This document shows positions 60,949 through 64,000 of a stretch of 64,000 nucleotides of DNA, one piece after another (positions within the stretch are counted from its first letter, which is position 1; the number at the start of each line of letters is the position of its first letter). Location: NCBI GenBank assembly GCA_034780895.1, contig JAUZTB010000098.1, positions 51,113,677-51,177,676 of the forward strand. Reading direction: 5' to 3'. Under the pieces are notes generated by a model, which saw only the letters and a program-made list of their open reading frames with translations, did no database searches and was not told the origin of the DNA. The stretch comes from Rhynchobatus australiae (taxonomy: Eukaryota). Made by a program: the position numbers and the translations under genes.

Positions 60949-61520
60949 TGTTGCTATTTGTTCAGTGTAAAATTAGAAACAGACAAAGATTACTTCAGTA
61001 ATCTTTTAGATGTGGTTCTTGTATGTCTTCCATTTTGACTGTAGCATGAAGTTCATATTTAAACAAAAAACTAATTAGGATTTCTTTTAATAATTAATTA
61101 CACCCTTGTGGAAATGTATTAAAATAAAACCTGACTTTATTATTTGAAAAAGGACAGTGGCAGTCAATGGATGTGCTCTATGCATATTGCTCAACACCAA
61201 CTTCCATTTGACAGTCCAAAGTGATTCCTTAAATTAACTTGATGGAGTTGTTAGTCTTGACCTTGGAAACTATGGTCAATCAAATTTGGAATGGATCAAT
61301 TTATTTGATTATTCCATTTCTGTTCACAACTGTAATCTTTCAGACCTAGAAACCATTTTATTCACATCTCATGTAGGAAAGAAATACTGTATTTTTAAGA
61401 GATGGTGGAAAATCACCTTATTGGGAGGTTAGATTTTAAATCTTCGTCAATATTTACTGCCTATAAATGGCAAGGACGTTTTATTCCCTTTGGGCTAATA
61501 CCTTGCTTTGACCCTTTCAG

Positions 61521-61624
61521 CCTGGACCAGCTGCAAGTGCAACAAATGTCGGTGCCTCTAGCCGATCGCCCAGTAAAGCTGTGGCTCCCCGAGCTGCTGG
61601 TGGTGGATCCACAGTAAGGCAGAG
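61521..61624 (+). CDS. SEC61B: SEC61B coding exon 2 (translocon subunit beta, N-terminal region); the gene continues beyond the window
   Basis: ctttgaccctttcag|CCT...CAGAG|gtaaat. The 104 nt encode [34 protein letters not shown](R), matching human [33 protein letters not shown] with the same intron phases. Confidence 0.95.
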
Positions 61625-63244
61625 GTAAATAATTTGGAACTGGTATTATTTGCTATTTGTTTTCCGTAATATCCAACATGGTGGACAGCAAGATGGAAAT
61701 GCTGTTTACATACATAATGTTTACACACATTACTGTTTGTAATGTGACTTAGTTTTGAGGATTTAATAACAGCTCCGTTCAGTGAACAAGCTAATGTGTA
61801 ATATTGGCCTTTAAAGTCTTTGAAGCTCGAGAGTGCGCTTCATAACATGCATATTTTGGAAATAAGAATGATTAATTTTGAGTTTAAAATTGACAATTAT
61901 GGTGACTCATGAAACAGAAGTCTACTCTCAGTTTTGTCATGGAAAGCGTTTACCGGGTTTACAAAGGAAAAGACTGAAGAATGTAATCAAAGCCTCCCCA
62001 GAGAAATGCAACATTCCTGGGAATCTCTGGCCCATAACTGCAGTTGGGATGGTATTGAGAACCTCAGAGCCCTGTATAGAGAGCACTATTTCACAAACTT
62101 TTTGCCTCCTGCCCCATCACCCACTACCTGTCCATTTACACAAGAATCTGTGGTTCCCACATTGATTTCATCAGCACCTCAAAACTCTCAAAGTCAGGGT
62201 GGAAGTCAGTTATACTTGATCCAAGGGACTGCATAAAAACAATAAGGAGCAATTACTATTTTCTCATAACTCCGAGAAACGGAGGTTAATAAAATTAAAA
62301 ATTGCATTATGGCATTGCAGAATATGTTTTACTAAAATAGGGAAACCTGTGGTCTGAATAAATGAAGGCATTGGGTTTTCTTGTACAAGGAATAAAAACA
62401 TTGACTTAATAGTAAGCTATTTACCATGAGATCTTTGCTTCAAGTCCTATGCTGTGCTGAAGTAAGTAATTTCACCAGTTCGGGAAGTACATTCGGCATT
62501 GGATCATTACCACAAAGCAAAAATCTGTGCTTCCATTAATGACTGCTATCATGTGATTAGGTGGAGTTGTACATGTGGGTATCCGATGTGGAAAGGTTGA
62601 CTCTAATTATGATTGTGCCCACAGTCAGCTTCCATACCATTATTTTGGCTTGCACATGAATATTTGGACTGAATGATGGATGTTTCCTGGCATCTGTGGA
62701 ACAGTATTGCATTGGTTCAACTGGGTAACTTTTTATTCTCTTTTCTCATTTGGGAAGAACCTGGCACATTGAGGTTTTTAGTATGAATGCAGTATATTCC
62801 TGACCTTAGACTGACTAATAGGCACATCAATGTGCAGTGACTTTATTTGGGTCCCTTGATATATTGGACTGGGCAGGCTGGTTTGCATTTTGTAGAATTG
62901 AATTGAGACTTGAGCTTTACTGAAATGTTACGCAGATGAAACTCAATGCATTACTGTTTGATGATTGGTGTTCTGAAACAGTTAAATATGAGTGGTAGTA
63001 TGTAGCTTCATTTACTTTTGAGGAATATCAAATTGTGGAATATCCATTGGATACCCAGTATGGGTGGTTACTGTTTCTGTTGAAGAAATATGGAGGGCCC
63101 TTTTTTGTGTCCGCATCTCTTTCAGGAATTATATTTGGCCTAATCCCTCCCCACCAAACTATTTTGATGTATCTGGGATGGGCAAGTGATGTATCATTTG
63201 ACATACCAGCGCTGTCACCAATATTGCTCTTGACCACAAGGAGA

Positions 63245-64000
63245 AGTTTGAATTGATAGGTCTCTTTAGGAAGTTCTCAGGATTGAGAATGACCTGCTTC
63301 AACCCTGGTTTTGAGTTCTGTGATAGCTAATGAAGCCAATGTGAAAACTGCGGACTCTTTCCCCAGGTGGGGCAGGTGATGCCTGAAGGGATGAGCAGTT
63401 TAATTTTTAAAACCATTCTCAAAGCTGCTGCTCCATAGGTACAGGGATTCCAAGGAGTCGGTGAGGATGGAGACACAAGAAACTGCAGATATTGGAATAT
63501 GGAGCAAAAATAAATGCTGGAGGAAATCAGCGGGTCAGGCAGCATCTGTGGAGGCAAAGGAATGGTCAATATTTTGGATTGTGATCCTGCATCTTGGTGG
63601 CAAAGTCCTTGATCCTCTGTGCTCCTCCAGTAGTTTATTGTTTGAGTCAGTGAGAATGTTTCAAGTCTTCAAAGAGGCTTTGATTAGATTCTTGAATCCT
63701 TTTCTCTGTCCATCTGGTAATCTCTTTCTGTGACACAGTTCAGAATAGAGTGTCTGTTCTGGGAGTCTAGTATCAGGCATGTGATTGATGTTGCCTACCC
63801 AATGTAGCCAGTTTGAATGTAACTAGGGCTTCACTACACAAGATGTTAACGTGGTTGTGGTTAACTTAGCTTTCCAATGGAGTTGAAGGATTTTGAAGGA
63901 GACGGCGTTGGTGTTATAGTTCCAGTGCATTGAGGTGTCTGCTGTTGTTTGACAAGGTCTCTGAAGCACATCAGAAAGCAGGGATCAGTTTTTGTGCCAG
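63245..64000 (-). mobile_element. RTE-clade LINE 3' fragment in SEC61B intron 2, interrupted by a Penelope pseudo-LTR
   Basis: Minus strand encodes WVGNINHMPDTRLPEQTLYSELCHRKRLPDGQRKGFKNLIKASLK and a C-terminal CPT(C)G remnant. Confidence 0.8.
63470..63642 (-). mobile_element. Penelope pseudo-LTR fragment with a short inverted copy
   Basis: gagacacaagaaactgcagatattggaatatggagc...tgctggaggaaatcagcgggtcaggcagcatctgtgg, then forward tgatcctctgtgctcctccagtagttt. Confidence 0.75.

Overview
Vertebrate genomic DNA with many N gaps, about 40% GC by eye and CpG-depleted. The repeat content (HE1-like V-SINEs, Deu-domain SINE remnants, CR1, RTE, Rex1/Babar, Penelope-like elements) points to a cartilaginous fish (shark or ray); this is an inference. 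Only the last ~6.5 kb holds recognisable genes. One is a complete single-exon ALG2 alpha-1,3/1,6-mannosyltransferase CDS (minus, 58675-59883, 402 aa). It lies head-to-head across a ~360 bp CpG-island promoter with SEC61B (plus; ATG-only exon 1 and exon 2, the rest beyond the window), the same arrangement as in human. The first ~57 kb has no recognisable coding exon and is a field of nested, decayed retroelements. Main observations: (1) ALG2 lacks the coding intron of the human gene while sitting at the orthologous locus; (2) about ten Penelope pseudo-LTR fragments carry degenerate minimal hammerhead-ribozyme motifs with a variable extra core base; (3) Penelope insertions repeatedly show a fold-back architecture; (4) V-SINEs share one core but carry two different LINE-derived tails; (5) there is a perfect UPRE/XBP1-type site in SEC61B intron 1. 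I see no wholly new gene system. Repeat boundaries are approximate, and family names come from recalled motifs, not from a database search.
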